Of a stretch of 64,000 nucleotides of DNA, positions 29,153 through 39,400 are shown in pieces. The DNA is from Chlamydiota bacterium (lineage in GTDB: Bacteria; Chlamydiota; Chlamydiia; Chlamydiales; Parachlamydiaceae): NCBI GenBank assembly GCA_013289325.1, contig JABDAE010000002.1, forward strand, positions 1,199-65,198, in the 5' to 3' direction. Under the pieces are notes generated by a model that worked only from the letters and a program-made list of their open reading frames with translations, did not search any database and was not told the DNA's origin. The first letter of the stretch is position 1. Each line of letters opens with the position of its first letter. The translations under genes and the position numbers were made by a program.

Positions 29153-30493
29153 TTATTTTCTGCGAAGTTGCAAAGCAAACACTGCAAAGAACGCCATAAA
29201 AAGCGCGCCCCCTACCCATTTGTTCCTAAATAATTGCTTTACTTTAAAGTAGCTGCGTTCATTTACAGCTTCTTCTGCATAAATGGGAATAGGACTTAAG
29301 TACTTTTCTCCATCTCGATAAAGGATCACACTGCCCACTTTTTGCCCTTTGACAATTGGAAGCTTTAACCCCTCTGCCCAGTGCATCGCGCATTTTACTT
29401 TAGGCTCTTCTGCCGGGTAATATTGAATGATAAGAGGCTCTTCTGTATACGTTGTAAGAGGTTTTTCAGCGTCCGGGATAGCCAGAGTAAATGTTTGCTT
29501 ACCTTTTGCAAGGAGCTCTTTTTGTACCTTCGGCTGACTAAAGGCTATTTCAAACATCTTCTTAGCGTCTAAAAACATCTCTTTGCGATCTCTTGACTTT
29601 AGTAACACAGCAATAAGGGTGCGATCTTTATCCCTTGCCGCTGCGACAACGGTGCTTCCGGCAAGTGAATAATAGCCCGTCTTAACGCCAATTGCTTTTG
29701 GATAATAGCAAGGACCTTTTCTCAATAGCTTATTTGTCTGTATCATCATGTAGGCAGCTTGCTTGTTAGTCTTAGGGCGCATATAACGCACTGTCGATAC
29801 AATTTCGCAAAATGTTTTGTTTTTAAGCGCCTCTTTAGCGATGATTGCCATGTCGTAGGCTGTCGTGGTTTGATTTGGATGGTGTAATCCGTGCGGATTC
29901 ATGAGTGTCGTGTTGTTTGCACCAAGCGCCTTAATGTAGGCGTTCATCTCTTCCATAAATTGCGGAATCGATCCAGAGATTTGTTTAGCGATAATATTGG
30001 CCGCATCATCGCCTGAAGCGAGCATCATCCCGTACAAAAGATCGCGAAAAGATAACTCCTCCCCTTTTTTTACCCCTATATGGCTGCCATCCGGAATAAG
30101 CAAATAGGCAGGAAGCGTATAATTAGAGCGTCTAAGGACTGCTTCCGTAACAGTCCCTATGCATTCTTGATCAGCGACACATATCGTATCTAATTGATCT
30201 TGCGCCTTTTGTAAGGCATATAGCGCCGTTGGAACCTTGGTAATGCTCGCCGGATAATGGGGATCGTGGGGCTTTTTTTCATACAGGATAGCGCCCGTAT
30301 CCGCGTTTATCAATATAGCAGATTCAGCGCTCACTGAAAGGTTTAATTTCTCTGCAGAAAGGCAAAAGGGGATAAAGAGAAAAAAAATTAGACTTCTTTC
30401 AAAACTTGCTTTGCTTGGCAATTTTACCAAGCAAATGAAGTTTTGAAAGAAGTCTATTAAGTCTAATAAAAGCGCTTGCAAAGAATTACTCAC
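29153..30493 (-). CDS. dacC: D-alanyl-D-alanine carboxypeptidase (PBP5/6 family)
   Basis: SITK (SxxK), SGDDAAN (SxN-like) and KTGY (KTG) motifs. Confidence 0.85.
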   Translation of the reverse strand: MSNSLQALLLDLIDFFQNFICLVKLPSKASFERSLIFFLFIPFCLSAEKLNLSVSAESAILINADTGAILYEKKPHDPHYPASITKVPTALYALQKAQDQLDTICVADQECIGTVTEAVLRRSNYTLPAYLLIPDGSHIGVKKGEELSFRDLLYGMMLASGDDAANIIAKQISGSIPQFMEEMNAYIKALGANNTTLMNPHGLHHPNQTTTAYDMAIIAKEALKNKTFCEIVSTVRYMRPKTNKQAAYMMIQTNKLLRKGPCYYPKAIGVKTGYYSLAGSTVVAAARDKDRTLIAVLLKSRDRKEMFLDAKKMFEIAFSQPKVQKELLAKGKQTFTLAIPDAEKPLTTYTEEPLIIQYYPAEEPKVKCAMHWAEGLKLPIVKGQKVGSVILYRDGEKYLSPIPIYAEEAVNERSYFKVKQLFRNKWVGGALFMAFFAVFALQLRRK

Positions 30494-30551
30494 CGTATCG
30501 TTTCCTACCAGTGTACAAAAAAAACAGAATTTTCACCCTATTTTTTTGCAA

Positions 30552-31892
30552 TTAACAGCATTTTACAGTTGGCAGCTCATCCCAAGAGGTGGTAAATCCT
30601 GAAGATCTCTTCTCTGAACGCGCTTGCCAAGGCCCTTCACAGCTATTTTTTTCTTTAGACATCACCTTACTCATTGCTTGATTCATCGCTTGATTCATCT
30701 CTTGATTCATCTCTTGATTCATCTCTTGATTCATCATGGCCGCATAAAAAACGGTATTTTTTCCTAGGCGGCGGTTAATCTCGTCAAAGGTTTGTTGCAC
30801 CCTTTTTCGATGATCATTAGAATGATCGTTAAAGAAGGTTATCTCTACATTCGACTCTAAAATCAGTCCAAGAAGAACAATACCACATTTTCTATATTGA
30901 CTTTCCGGTTTATATAACCCTTTTAAACACTTCTTTGCAGCGCTCATCACCTCTGGCGTCTCATTCGTCGGATTAATAAATGGCACTGAAAGGCCATATG
31001 CCTCCCCTTGCCTTGCCTCTTGCACAAATACGTAAGCTGCAGAAGCAAGCAAATGCTCCCTTCGCATCCTCACACAAGCCGTATTCACATAACAGCAAAG
31101 CGCTTGAGAAAGCTCTGCAAAAGAGTCCACATATTTGCCAAACGAGCGCGAGCAAGTGATGGTCTTTTTTGGCTGCGCAGCTGCAAGCTCAAAGCACTTT
31201 ATCCCCCTTAACTCCCAAAGCGTTTTTTCCGCCATGCAACCTATTTTACGGCCAATCATGGCAGGATTTGCACAAGACAAATCCCAGGCAGAATTAATTC
31301 CCATTCTATTTAACTTAACGCGCGTCGCCCCTCCAATCCCCCAAACTTCTTGAACTGGGATTTTTTTAAGCCTTTCTTTGGCCTCTTCCTTAATCAGCTC
31401 GCAAATGCCTACCGATTCAGTTTTGGCGATATAGCTTGCAAGTTTTGCAAGGGTCTTTGTCTTTGCAAGGCCAATGGATACAGGAATTCCCACCCATTGC
31501 TTGATTAACGCGCGCACATGGCGACTTTCAGCCATCAAATCGGACACACTCATCTCTTTAGAGTAGTGCAAAAAGGCTTCATCGATTGAATAAATTTCCA
31601 TATCTTCTGCCAAGCTTTTTAAAGAGCGCATCACCCGGTTAGATAGGTCTCCATAAAGGGAAAAATTCGATGAGTAGACCTCAACGCGGTGGTAGGTGCA
31701 AAAATCTTTAATCTTAAAATAGGGCTCCCCCATTTTGATCCCAAGGGCTTTCGCCTCTTGGGACCTTGCAATCACGCACCCGTCATTATTAGACAAAATA
31801 ACGACAGCAAGCTTTTCTAATCGCGGATTAAAGAGCCGCTCACAAGAGACGAAAAAGTTATTGCAATCGATAAGAGCAAAGTATCCCGTCAT
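30552..31892 (-). CDS. umuC: Y-family DNA polymerase V catalytic subunit UmuC, with C-terminal tetrapeptide repeat tract
   Basis: MTGYFALIDCNNFFVSCERLFNP...SIDEAF motifs. Overlaps umuD by 4 nt. Confidence 0.9.
   Translation of the reverse strand: MTGYFALIDCNNFFVSCERLFNPRLEKLAVVILSNNDGCVIARSQEAKALGIKMGEPYFKIKDFCTYHRVEVYSSNFSLYGDLSNRVMRSLKSLAEDMEIYSIDEAFLHYSKEMSVSDLMAESRHVRALIKQWVGIPVSIGLAKTKTLAKLASYIAKTESVGICELIKEEAKERLKKIPVQEVWGIGGATRVKLNRMGINSAWDLSCANPAMIGRKIGCMAEKTLWELRGIKCFELAAAQPKKTITCSRSFGKYVDSFAELSQALCCYVNTACVRMRREHLLASAAYVFVQEARQGEAYGLSVPFINPTNETPEVMSAAKKCLKGLYKPESQYRKCGIVLLGLILESNVEITFFNDHSNDHRKRVQQTFDEINRRLGKNTVFYAAMMNQEMNQEMNQEMNQAMNQAMSKVMSKEKNSCEGPWQARSEKRSSGFTTSWDELPTVKCC
30671..30735 (-). 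repeat. In-frame 12-bp tandem repeat (about 5.4 units) inside umuC
   Basis: Units tcat[tc][gt]cttgat at 30671, 30683, 30695, 30707 and 30719. They encode MNQEMNQEMNQEMNQAMNQAM. Confidence 0.9.
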
Positions 31893-32491
31893 TTATGTAA
31901 GGCATGGATCACATTTGTCACAACGCCCCAAATGCGAAAGTCCATTTCCTCTTTGACCTCTAAAATGGGATAGGCTCCATTTTCAGGCACCAAAAATACT
32001 TTCTTTCCCTTCGTTTGCAATCTTTTTACAGTAAGCTCCGCATTGACTGCTGCAATCACAATCTTGCCGTTGCTAGGGGTGAGGCTCCGATCGACCACTA
32101 AAATATCCCCATTATGAATCCCCGCATTGATCATCGAATCCCCCGACACTTTTAGAAAAAATGTCGCCGCCGGATGCTTAATCAATAGCTCATTTAGATC
32201 AAGCTCTGCGTCCACATCATCTTCTGCAGGCGATGGAAATCCGGCAGAAACTGCTGTCTGATAGAGCGGTATTTTATAACATCTATTTTCCACATACCGC
32301 ATCACGCGGTCCACATCGCTAATCGGGATGCGGATCGGACGGCTCGGCTCCCTAAAGCGCCCACTTCCGACCGGCCTTCCAGCTCCCGGCCTTCTTCCCC
32401 CTTGCCTTGACTTTTGTGTTTCCGTCTTTTGCGATCCCGCCATTTCGTCTTCAAATGCTCCCTCATCTATGAACTGTACAATTTCTCCCAT
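31889..32491 (-). CDS. umuD: UmuD-like S24 peptidase with ~60-aa basic N-terminal extension
   Basis: SAGFPSPAEDD cleavage-site region (A-G). SGDSM nucleophile. TVKRL lysine. GGAGGG lies 5 nt before the ATG at 32491, so the track start at 32578 is probably too long. Confidence 0.85.
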   Translation of the reverse strand: MGEIVQFIDEGAFEDEMAGSQKTETQKSRQGGRRPGAGRPVGSGRFREPSRPIRIPISDVDRVMRYVENRCYKIPLYQTAVSAGFPSPAEDDVDAELDLNELLIKHPAATFFLKVSGDSMINAGIHNGDILVVDRSLTPSNGKIVIAAVNAELTVKRLQTKGKKVFLVPENGAYPILEVKEEMDFRIWGVVTNVIHALHK

Positions 32492-32549
32492 AACGTCCCT
32501 CCTTATGCTGATTTTAGGTCCTTTTTTGATAATTGTACATAAATCAAAT

Positions 32550-33575
32550 TTAAAGGAAAGGACAATTTTTTTGATCATTGATAATCATCGACACCTCATC
32601 TACGACTAAAATTGGCCCTGCCCACCTTACTTTTTTAGGTGATATTGAAACCTTAAAATAGCCAAGACGATCAACCATCATCGAAAAGGAAGAGGAAGAC
32701 CTAATCAAACAATCAAATTTCATCATACAGAAGAAATCCTCTATCACTGAGCTTTTATAATTGTGGTGATTTTTTTTTGATTCGAAAACAATATTGTCCT
32801 TACTTACCATTTTCTTGTATCGCTCTTTGATATTTTCTGGATTTGGATCATCTGTAAAAATATACACATACAACGGAGCGTCTCTATACAGATCGGATAA
32901 TCGCTTAATCTGATCGATATAAAATTGATCGGGTGGAAATTTAGTGGGATGAAAAATATCATCATAATATCCTATCGCGGGTGGTGGTAAGCCTTTAACT
33001 TCCTCAATTTGCTCTGGCGTATACTCTTGTTGAGATAAAAGCGGGTAATCAAAGCCGCCACCTTTCCTGACGTGAACTGCCACTGTGATTCTATCAGTTG
33101 GTAATTCCATCCCCGTTATTTTACCTTTGGGTGAAATCATCCTCCGCATATGCTCAGTAAACTCAACGCTATTTTGTTTTGTGGCTTGAGGAAATTTAAT
33201 AGGTTCCCCAAAAGTCACCTGATATAATGTAGGAGCCTCATTCTCCACAAGAAATTCGGCCGCCGGCAGGATTTTATGAAACTTACATAACAAATCCGGG
33301 GAATATCGCAATTCCAGCCAATCCAACATCAATTGATCCGAATACTCAAATGGCTGATATAAAAATGGCAAATCCGCTAACCAGGCTAAATATTTTGCAT
33401 CGTAGTACAACAACAACTGATCTCCAAATCGACCTCCATAGGCTTGAGTCACTACCGCACTAGGATATTTTATGTCTGCACAGGCCCCTCCATGAATCAT
33501 CATTGGAATTAATATCATCAGAAAAATCTTATACATGATACCTCGTATTAGTGACTCGATAGGATAACCTTCCAC
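32550..33575 (-). CDS. Hypothetical secreted protein with weak GT11 (fucosyltransferase)-like motifs
   Basis: Signal-like N-terminus. AVHVRKGGGFDY, IFTDDP and IRSSSSFSMM loosely resemble GT11 motifs HxRRGDY / FSDD / SNSTFSWW. Confidence 0.35.
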   Translation of the reverse strand: MEGYPIESLIRGIMYKIFLMILIPMMIHGGACADIKYPSAVVTQAYGGRFGDQLLLYYDAKYLAWLADLPFLYQPFEYSDQLMLDWLELRYSPDLLCKFHKILPAAEFLVENEAPTLYQVTFGEPIKFPQATKQNSVEFTEHMRRMISPKGKITGMELPTDRITVAVHVRKGGGFDYPLLSQQEYTPEQIEEVKGLPPPAIGYYDDIFHPTKFPPDQFYIDQIKRLSDLYRDAPLYVYIFTDDPNPENIKERYKKMVSKDNIVFESKKNHHNYKSSVIEDFFCMMKFDCLIRSSSSFSMMVDRLGYFKVSISPKKVRWAGPILVVDEVSMIINDQKNCPFL

Positions 33576-33640
33576 TTAAGAATATCGTGGCGATGCAGCC
33601 TTATAGTACGCGTATTGTCGAAAAATAGAAAAGAAGAAAA

Positions 33641-33686
33641 TTGGACAGAAATTTCGCTTGATGCTATAATGACTAGTGTGACTAGT
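33641..33686 (+). promoter_or_regulatory. Promoter and operator of vapBC-2
   Basis: TTGGAC (33641-33646), 18-nt spacer ending in TGC (TGn = extended -10), TATAAT (33665-33670). Directly followed by two TGACTAGT repeats (33670-33677 and 33679-33686), each containing the ACTAGT palindrome. Confidence 0.5.
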
Positions 33687-33701
33687 TATATGGAGGAACA
33701 A

Positions 33702-33950
33702 ATGTCTACCTGGCCTTTACAACAAGCCAAAGCAAGATTAAGCGAACTTGTTCAGGAATGTGCAATCGAGCCTCAACTTATTTCATTAAGAGGAAAAGAA
33801 CGTGTTATCGTGATGTCAATAGAAGATTATGAAAAAATAATACGTCAAAAAGGGGATTTAGTTACCTTTATGCAAAACTCTCCTCTTATGGGGCTAGAAG
33901 AGCTAGATTTTGAAAGAGATAAATCTTTGTCAAGAGAGGTAAAATTCTGA
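33702..33950 (+). CDS. Phd/YefM-type antitoxin (VapB-2)
   Basis: GGAGG at 33692-33696. MSTWPLQQAKARLSELVQEC... Confidence 0.75.
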   Translation: MSTWPLQQAKARLSELVQECAIEPQLISLRGKERVIVMSIEDYEKIIRQKGDLVTFMQNSPLMGLEELDFERDKSLSREVKF

Positions 33951-34360
33951 TCTATTTACTAGATACAAATGTGATTTCAGAAACAATAAAGCAACAGCCG
34001 AACACGCAAGTTGTTTCCTGGCTAAAAAGTGTTCCAAATCATCATCTTGGAATAAGCGCGTTAACGCTTGGAGAAATTCGCAAAGGGGCTGAGAAGCTAA
34101 CAGATTCAAGAAATAAAACAAAAATAGTACAATGGCTGGAAATTGATTTAGTCGAATGGTTTGCCAACCGAATCGTCACAATTGATGCACGTGTTGCCGA
34201 TAAATGGGGATACCTATGCGCAGAAAATCCTCGTTCACTACCCGCTGTTGATTGTCTTCTTGCGGCCTCTGCCCTTTCACATGGACTGACCCTCGTGACA
34301 CGAAATTCAAAGGATTTTGAAATGATTAAAGGCCTTGAACTGTTAAACCCATGGCTTTAA
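33947..34360 (+). CDS. vapC: PIN-domain toxin VapC-2 (start codon uncertain)
   Basis: The frame is open from 33923. It reads (L)IYLLDTNVISE... with the conserved first Asp at 33962-33964. The only ATG/GTG/TTG in frame is the GTG at 33971, downstream of that Asp. ...LVTRNSKDF C-terminal PIN motif. Confidence 0.7.
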   Translation: MIYLLDTNVISETIKQQPNTQVVSWLKSVPNHHLGISALTLGEIRKGAEKLTDSRNKTKIVQWLEIDLVEWFANRIVTIDARVADKWGYLCAENPRSLPAVDCLLAASALSHGLTLVTRNSKDFEMIKGLELLNPWL

Positions 34361-34375
34361 CCTAGAAACGGCAGT
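34361..34375 (+). repeat. Solo 15-nt terminus of the 163-bp element
   Basis: cctagaaacggcagt lies immediately after the vapC-2 stop codon and 20 nt from the tRNA-Ser 3' end. Confidence 0.6.
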
Positions 34376-34394
34376 GTAGAATAGCTTGATAGAT

Positions 34395-34481
34395 TGGAAG
34401 AGGTGAGATTCGAACTCACGTCACCATTGCTAGTGAATCTGTTTTCGAGACAGACGCATTCGGCCACTCTGCCACTCTTCC
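34395..34481 (-). tRNA. tRNA-Ser (anticodon CGA), long variable arm, no encoded CCA
   Basis: Reverse complement: GGAAGAGTGGCAGAGTGGCCGAATGCGTCTGTCTCGAAAACAGATTCACTAGCAATGGTGACGTGAGTTCGAATCTCACCTCTTCCA. Acceptor GGAAGAG/CTCTTCC. Anticodon stem TCTGT/ACAGA with loop CTCGAAA. T-arm GTGAG-TTCGAAT-CTCAC. Confidence 0.85.
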
Positions 34482-34619
34482 CGACTTCTACCTCCTGCTT
34501 CCACACCACCATTTTTCTGCCGCCACAGATCAACACGAAAGGAAGCATCCAAACGCATCCATACCCACAGGTTGTAGGCATGGACGCGAGATGAAAAATA
34601 CAAAGGGATTGTATATCAT

Positions 34620-34782
34620 CCTAAAAACGGCAGTTGGAGACGCTAACTTGACACAATCTCTTGAACCAGAATCATTTGCAGTGGGGCGGTCCTTCACCAA
34701 TCGGGAATGTCCCGCCCCACTGCAAAGTGATTCTAATTCAAGATCTTGCGCCAATTTAGCATCTCGAACTGCCGTTTCTAGG
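34620..34782 (-). mobile_element. 163-bp element, copy 3 (intergenic; TSD ATCAT)
   Basis: atcat occurs at 34615-34619 and 34783-34787. Confidence 0.9.
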
Positions 34783-34793
34783 ATCATTTAGCT

Positions 34794-35003
34794 TTAGCTA
34801 AAAAACTGAAACAAACTCGCAACTGTTTTACTAGGCGCAGGTGTTGTTGTTGCGACTTTTTCTTTCAGCATGACGAATAGTCCGCTGAAAAATGCCACAA
34901 CTTGATCCGCCCACGACACCAATATTTTAAAGGCGTCCGGAAAAAACGACCAAATTAGATAAAATAAGATACCAAATACAAAAAAGTTTATGATAAAACG
35001 CAT
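34794..35003 (-). CDS. Small hypothetical membrane protein (69 aa)
   Basis: AAGGAGAG RBS lies 6 nt before the ATG at 35003. Two hydrophobic helices (FIINFFVFGILFYLIWSFF and VVAFFSGLFVML). Confidence 0.45.
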   Translation of the reverse strand: MRFIINFFVFGILFYLIWSFFPDAFKILVSWADQVVAFFSGLFVMLKEKVATTTPAPSKTVASLFQFFS

Positions 35004-35146
35004 TGTTAACTCTCCTTTCGAGTACGTCAATTCCCGCTAGACATATCACCTGAAATCAGGTATATACTGCAGGATTGTTTTGGATATATTTTTACCCTAT
35101 CACACGCCATAAATTAAAGAAACATTTTTAAAGGATACCTTAGCTA

Positions 35147-36223
35147 ATGGAAACAAGTTTTAACGAGCTTTTTGAGAATAAAACTGTTCTCATTACAGGA
35201 GGAACCGGATTTTTGGGGCAGCATCTCATTAAATCGATACTCCCCTTCAACCCCCACAGCATTCGCGTTTTTAGCCGCGACGAAGTCAAACACCATTTAC
35301 TCTTAAAGCAATTTCAAGGCACGAATAAACTCCGCCCTCTAATAGGCGATGTAAGAGACTATCAAAGACTTAAAAAAGCCTGTGAAGAAGCTCATATCGT
35401 TATTCACGCAGCCGCCTTAAAGCGCCTTGATCTTATTGAATATAATGTCGATGAGTGCATTAAAACAAATGTGATGGGCACTATGAACGTGGTACAATCT
35501 TGCCTTGAATGCAACGTAGAAAAGGCCGTATTCGTCTCATCGGATAAAGCATGCTCACCTGCAAATACTTACGGGGCATCAAAATTTATGGGGGAGAGGA
35601 TCTTTACCGAATCAAATCACTCCAAAGGGGCAAAAAAAACCCTTTTTACTTCTGTTCGATATGGCAATGTCTTAGAAAGCACAGGCTCTGTCATTCCCTT
35701 TTTTCAAGGACAAATCAAAGCGCATCACCACATACCTTTAACAGATTCTAGAATGACTCGCTTTATCATCCACAAGACTCAAGCTGCAAAGCTCATATTT
35801 GATGCGTTGAAATACGCTATAGGAGGCGAGATCTTTGTGCCTCACCTTCCCTCATTTAAAATCGTAGACATCATCGAGGCGCTGCAAGAGGGTTCTCAAG
35901 ATAAGTGCCCAATCGACATCGTCGGCTTAAGGCCTGGCGAAAAAATACACGAAATCCTAATCAATCACACCGAAATCCCAAGAACATGTCGGTTTAAAGA
36001 TCTATATGTCATAGCCCCTTGCCTAGAACAAGCTTTCATCGAACAAGCTTTCATCGAGCAAAGTTTAGAGAAAAAGCAAAGGGGCTGCAAAAGCCCCCAA
36101 TACATTTTAGAAGGGATCCCGCTTGAAAAAACCATGGACGAATATAGCTCTAAAGATCATGTCCTTTCAAAAGAAGAGGTCAAAAAAAACCTTACTGCTC
36201 TTTTGGAGGATTCTCATCCGTAA
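35147..36223 (+). CDS. UDP-N-acetylglucosamine 4,6-dehydratase-like SDR (PseB/FlaA1/CapD family)
   Basis: [14 protein letters not shown] Rossmann loop. YGASK catalytic YxxxK. RYGNV motif. Contains a 15-bp tandem duplication at 36026-36055 ([12 protein letters not shown]). Confidence 0.8.
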   Translation: METSFNELFENKTVLITGGTGFLGQHLIKSILPFNPHSIRVFSRDEVKHHLLLKQFQGTNKLRPLIGDVRDYQRLKKACEEAHIVIHAAALKRLDLIEYNVDECIKTNVMGTMNVVQSCLECNVEKAVFVSSDKACSPANTYGASKFMGERIFTESNHSKGAKKTLFTSVRYGNVLESTGSVIPFFQGQIKAHHHIPLTDSRMTRFIIHKTQAAKLIFDALKYAIGGEIFVPHLPSFKIVDIIEALQEGSQDKCPIDIVGLRPGEKIHEILINHTEIPRTCRFKDLYVIAPCLEQAFIEQAFIEQSLEKKQRGCKSPQYILEGIPLEKTMDEYSSKDHVLSKEEVKKNLTALLEDSHP

Positions 36224-36437
36224 AAGAAGGCGGGACAAATTTCTCATCACTACCGGCAATCGATTTACCAAAGGTGCGCTCTACAAGGTTTGGCAGCAAG
36301 GGAGCATTGATCCACTTAGCTGCAAACTTGCGCTTTCCCCCTGAATACTTCGATGTCTCTTTTTGCAGACAGCAAGCCTTATATTTTTTTCCGGAACCAC
36401 AAGGGCAAGGGTCGTTGCGACCAATTTTTTGATCCAT
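36192..36437 (-). CDS. SEC-C motif ([13 protein letters not shown]) small protein
   Basis: [36 protein letters not shown]. The ATG lies 1 nt after the stop of the upstream 1552-aa ORF. Confidence 0.7.
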   Translation of the reverse strand: MDQKIGRNDPCPCGSGKKYKACCLQKETSKYSGGKRKFAAKWINAPLLPNLVERTFGKSIAGSDEKFVPPSFTDENPPKEQ

Positions 36438-36438
36438 T

Positions 36439-39400
36439 TTATCCTCCTTTCGAATCGATTTTACGAAGAGAATAGGTCGGCTTCCAAATCGTTCCTTGAA
36501 CTGACACCGTAAACAATTCAGCAAGCTTAAAGATAAGATTGTATTGCTTCATCTTCACGGCAAGATTTAAGTTGCCATCAAAATCAAGGTACGAAGGCCC
36601 AGCTCCATTGCGAAGGGCAAACTTAGATACCTTCTTTTTACTATACATATCTTTAAAGCGCTTTAAAACAACCTTTTCGTCTTCGATAAAAAAATCTATG
36701 TTTCCGCACACAGGCGTAAGTACATCTAAATCTAACCCAATGCGGGTTAAAATTTCAGCAGGAATTGCAAAAATCGTGTGCTTAAGTCCCATCTTTGGGG
36801 GATTGCTAAAAGATAGACTTCCCTTTCCTGAAAAACTTTTTCGCTCTCCTAAAATCCCTGTCAAATCATGGATATCCATCCGCTCGACAACAAGCGATCT
36901 GGACTGATAGGGAGTTTTTCCCGAAATTTTGCGCAAAAGAGCTGGCCTAAAATTGGTGACCTCAAGACTTGGGACCATGACCCCCTTGGCTTTGGAGGCA
37001 AAGGCAAGTGTTGGCAGTGCGACTGTCAAAGAAGGATCGATCAGCTGCAATCTCTTTAAAGTCGTCAAATCAGAAGAGTGGTCAAGATCTGCAAAAAAGT
37101 GTGAAAATGTATATCCCAAAAAGGTAAATTCACTTCCAAATAACGTCCCTTGAAACGTCAACCGATCAGCCCATTCTTTTGTATCATCTTTATCAATATT
37201 CAACTCCCCTTCAAGGGAATAGCCTTTGCCAATGCCATAGTTTGTAAGAGCCTCTGCAATTGATGGCTCAAATAAATTTTTTGCTTTTGTAAAATCTAAC
37301 TCCACATGGCCGATCATTTTTAAACTATTATCTTCAAGTGGCTTTTGGAAATTTTGCGCTAAATTGCAGCATATGCCGTGTAACTTCCCTCTAATCTCTT
37401 CGATGTAATAGCCATGATTTGGATCTACTTTCCACTTCAATGCAAGAGAATCAGGATAGGCTCCTTCTACTTTAAGAGGCTGCAAAGTCAGTTGTCCTGA
37501 CTCTAAATTTTTGAATGCTGAATGCATCGATAACTGCACCACTTCTTTTCCAATTGTATATAACGTCGATGCCTTAATTGCCGATGGGGTATACTCAAAA
37601 GCAAAATCTTTTAAAGGGTATTCTTTATCTAAAAAGCGATAAATATCGTCTTTTAAGGATACACGCATACTAGGACCTAACGCGCTGTACGTAAGAAACA
37701 CCTCTCCTTCCACATTCCCACTTTGTTTAAGGTGTTTTAACTGATTTTCTGCAAAGGAAGGCAAAAGGGAAGGAAATTTCTGCTTAAAAGTATTCACCAA
37801 CCAAGGTAACTGAGATGAAGGTAAATTAAACGATAAGCCTTCCACAATGAATGTATCGCGAGGCAAATCCCCTTTAATCCGCTGCAAATGCAAATCGATA
37901 AGGCGCGCTCCATCTACAATAGAATGAATCGATGTCGCCATATTTTTAATATTTACGCCAGATTCTAAATCATATTGAAAGGAAATATCCGATATATCGT
38001 TTAAAGCAAAGTCTTTGATGCGAGCTCCTTTAAGCGAACCCTTGCCATGCACCTCAACGCTTAATCCTTTAGGCAGCGTGGGATCCACTTTTATCTGTAT
38101 ATCGCCAACAGCATGAAATTTTCCTTCTAAAGATTGCACTTTCTCTTTGCCAAACTCTTTTAAATCCACTTCCAAAAGGTTGACTTTTGCATCGACCACC
38201 ATTTTTTTTAAGTCATAGCGCCCTTCCATTCCAAAAAGTAACGTATTCCCAAATCTGCCGCCAAGAAACTGAATATCTAAAGTATCGTCTTTTCGTTGTA
38301 CGTCAAGTGCAAGCGAGATCTCGTCTAATTGAAGTTGACCGACACTCCAAAGATTGCCTTTTTTCTTTCCCGTTAGAATAAATTGATCGCACTCGTGCGA
38401 TAAGATCCTAAGTCTTTCACCTGCAATATAGTATAAAAACAAGTCGTCTTTATCGCTATAATCAAGAACTGCCTTAAACCCCCCTTGCGCATAGGGAAGA
38501 TCATTAAAAGTCTTCATAATACTTTTTGGAAGATAAAATAATCCAGTTCTTCCGAGCCTTTGCAAATCTTTCAAAAGAGAGTGCAATTTAAAATCAAATT
38601 CTAGATGAAAATCTTTCAATTGACAAAGATCAGTCATGGAAAGGGAAAAATCAGTCGGATATGCCTTGCCAAAGTGGGAAAGACTCTTATCAAGAGAAAC
38701 TTCAATATAAGACCCGTCTTGACTTAACACTTGTTTAGTACTGCCGACAGCCCTTAAAATATTTCGGTCTTTATTGCCTACCCAAACATCAAACTCCATG
38801 ACATTGTTTTCAAAGTCAGAAAAATAGAGCTGCTCGCTTCCAATCGCATATTCTTCCATTTGATCTTTAGCGCCTACTAAAAGTGTGCCTTGCAAATCGG
38901 TAAAATCCAAAGTGTTTGCCAAGTGGTCGTACTGAAAATTCATCGACACCTCTTGCAAGGCAATATCTGCTACCTTGCTCGTCAAAAAGCCATCGGTGAT
39001 TGCCCCTTCACAAAGGGCCTCAAAATCATAGTCTTCTTTCCAAAAACGCATTTTGAGATACCCACCTTTAGGAGAAAAGTCTACATTGCCTTCTAATGGG
39101 ATCTTGGACAAAAAAAGAGGCTTTGGAAAATGTAAAAAGATATCTTGCACCTGTGAAAGCTTACCTTGCATCGTTTTGGCGCTAATGTCGAATGCAAAAA
39201 CACCATCTCCTGGCTTACTCCAATCTGCATGTAGCGCTCCATCAGAAAAAAATATCCCGTTACAGCATGCCTCTACATTCGATAAATGAGCATGCCCATC
39301 TGTCACTTTTAACAAGGCGTAAATGTCTGTAAATAAAAGACCTGTTGCCTTCTCAAAGTAGGTGCCATTAATAATTGCGTACCCTGCATTTGTCCTTCCC

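Noticed and set aside
32492-32549. SOS (LexA) box upstream of umuD
   Set aside because: There is no CTGT-N8-ACAG or CGAAC-N4-GTTCG type sequence. Only a partial palindrome TGAT-N3-TGTACA-N3-ATCA is present, which I report as a possibility and not as an SOS box.
36026-36055. Small in-frame tandem duplications (15 bp x2 in the pseB-like gene at 36026-36055; 18 bp x2 in the GHMP kinase at 55882-55917)
   Set aside because: They are real in the sequence, but they are ordinary slippage duplications of 5-6 codons. I see no evidence for function.
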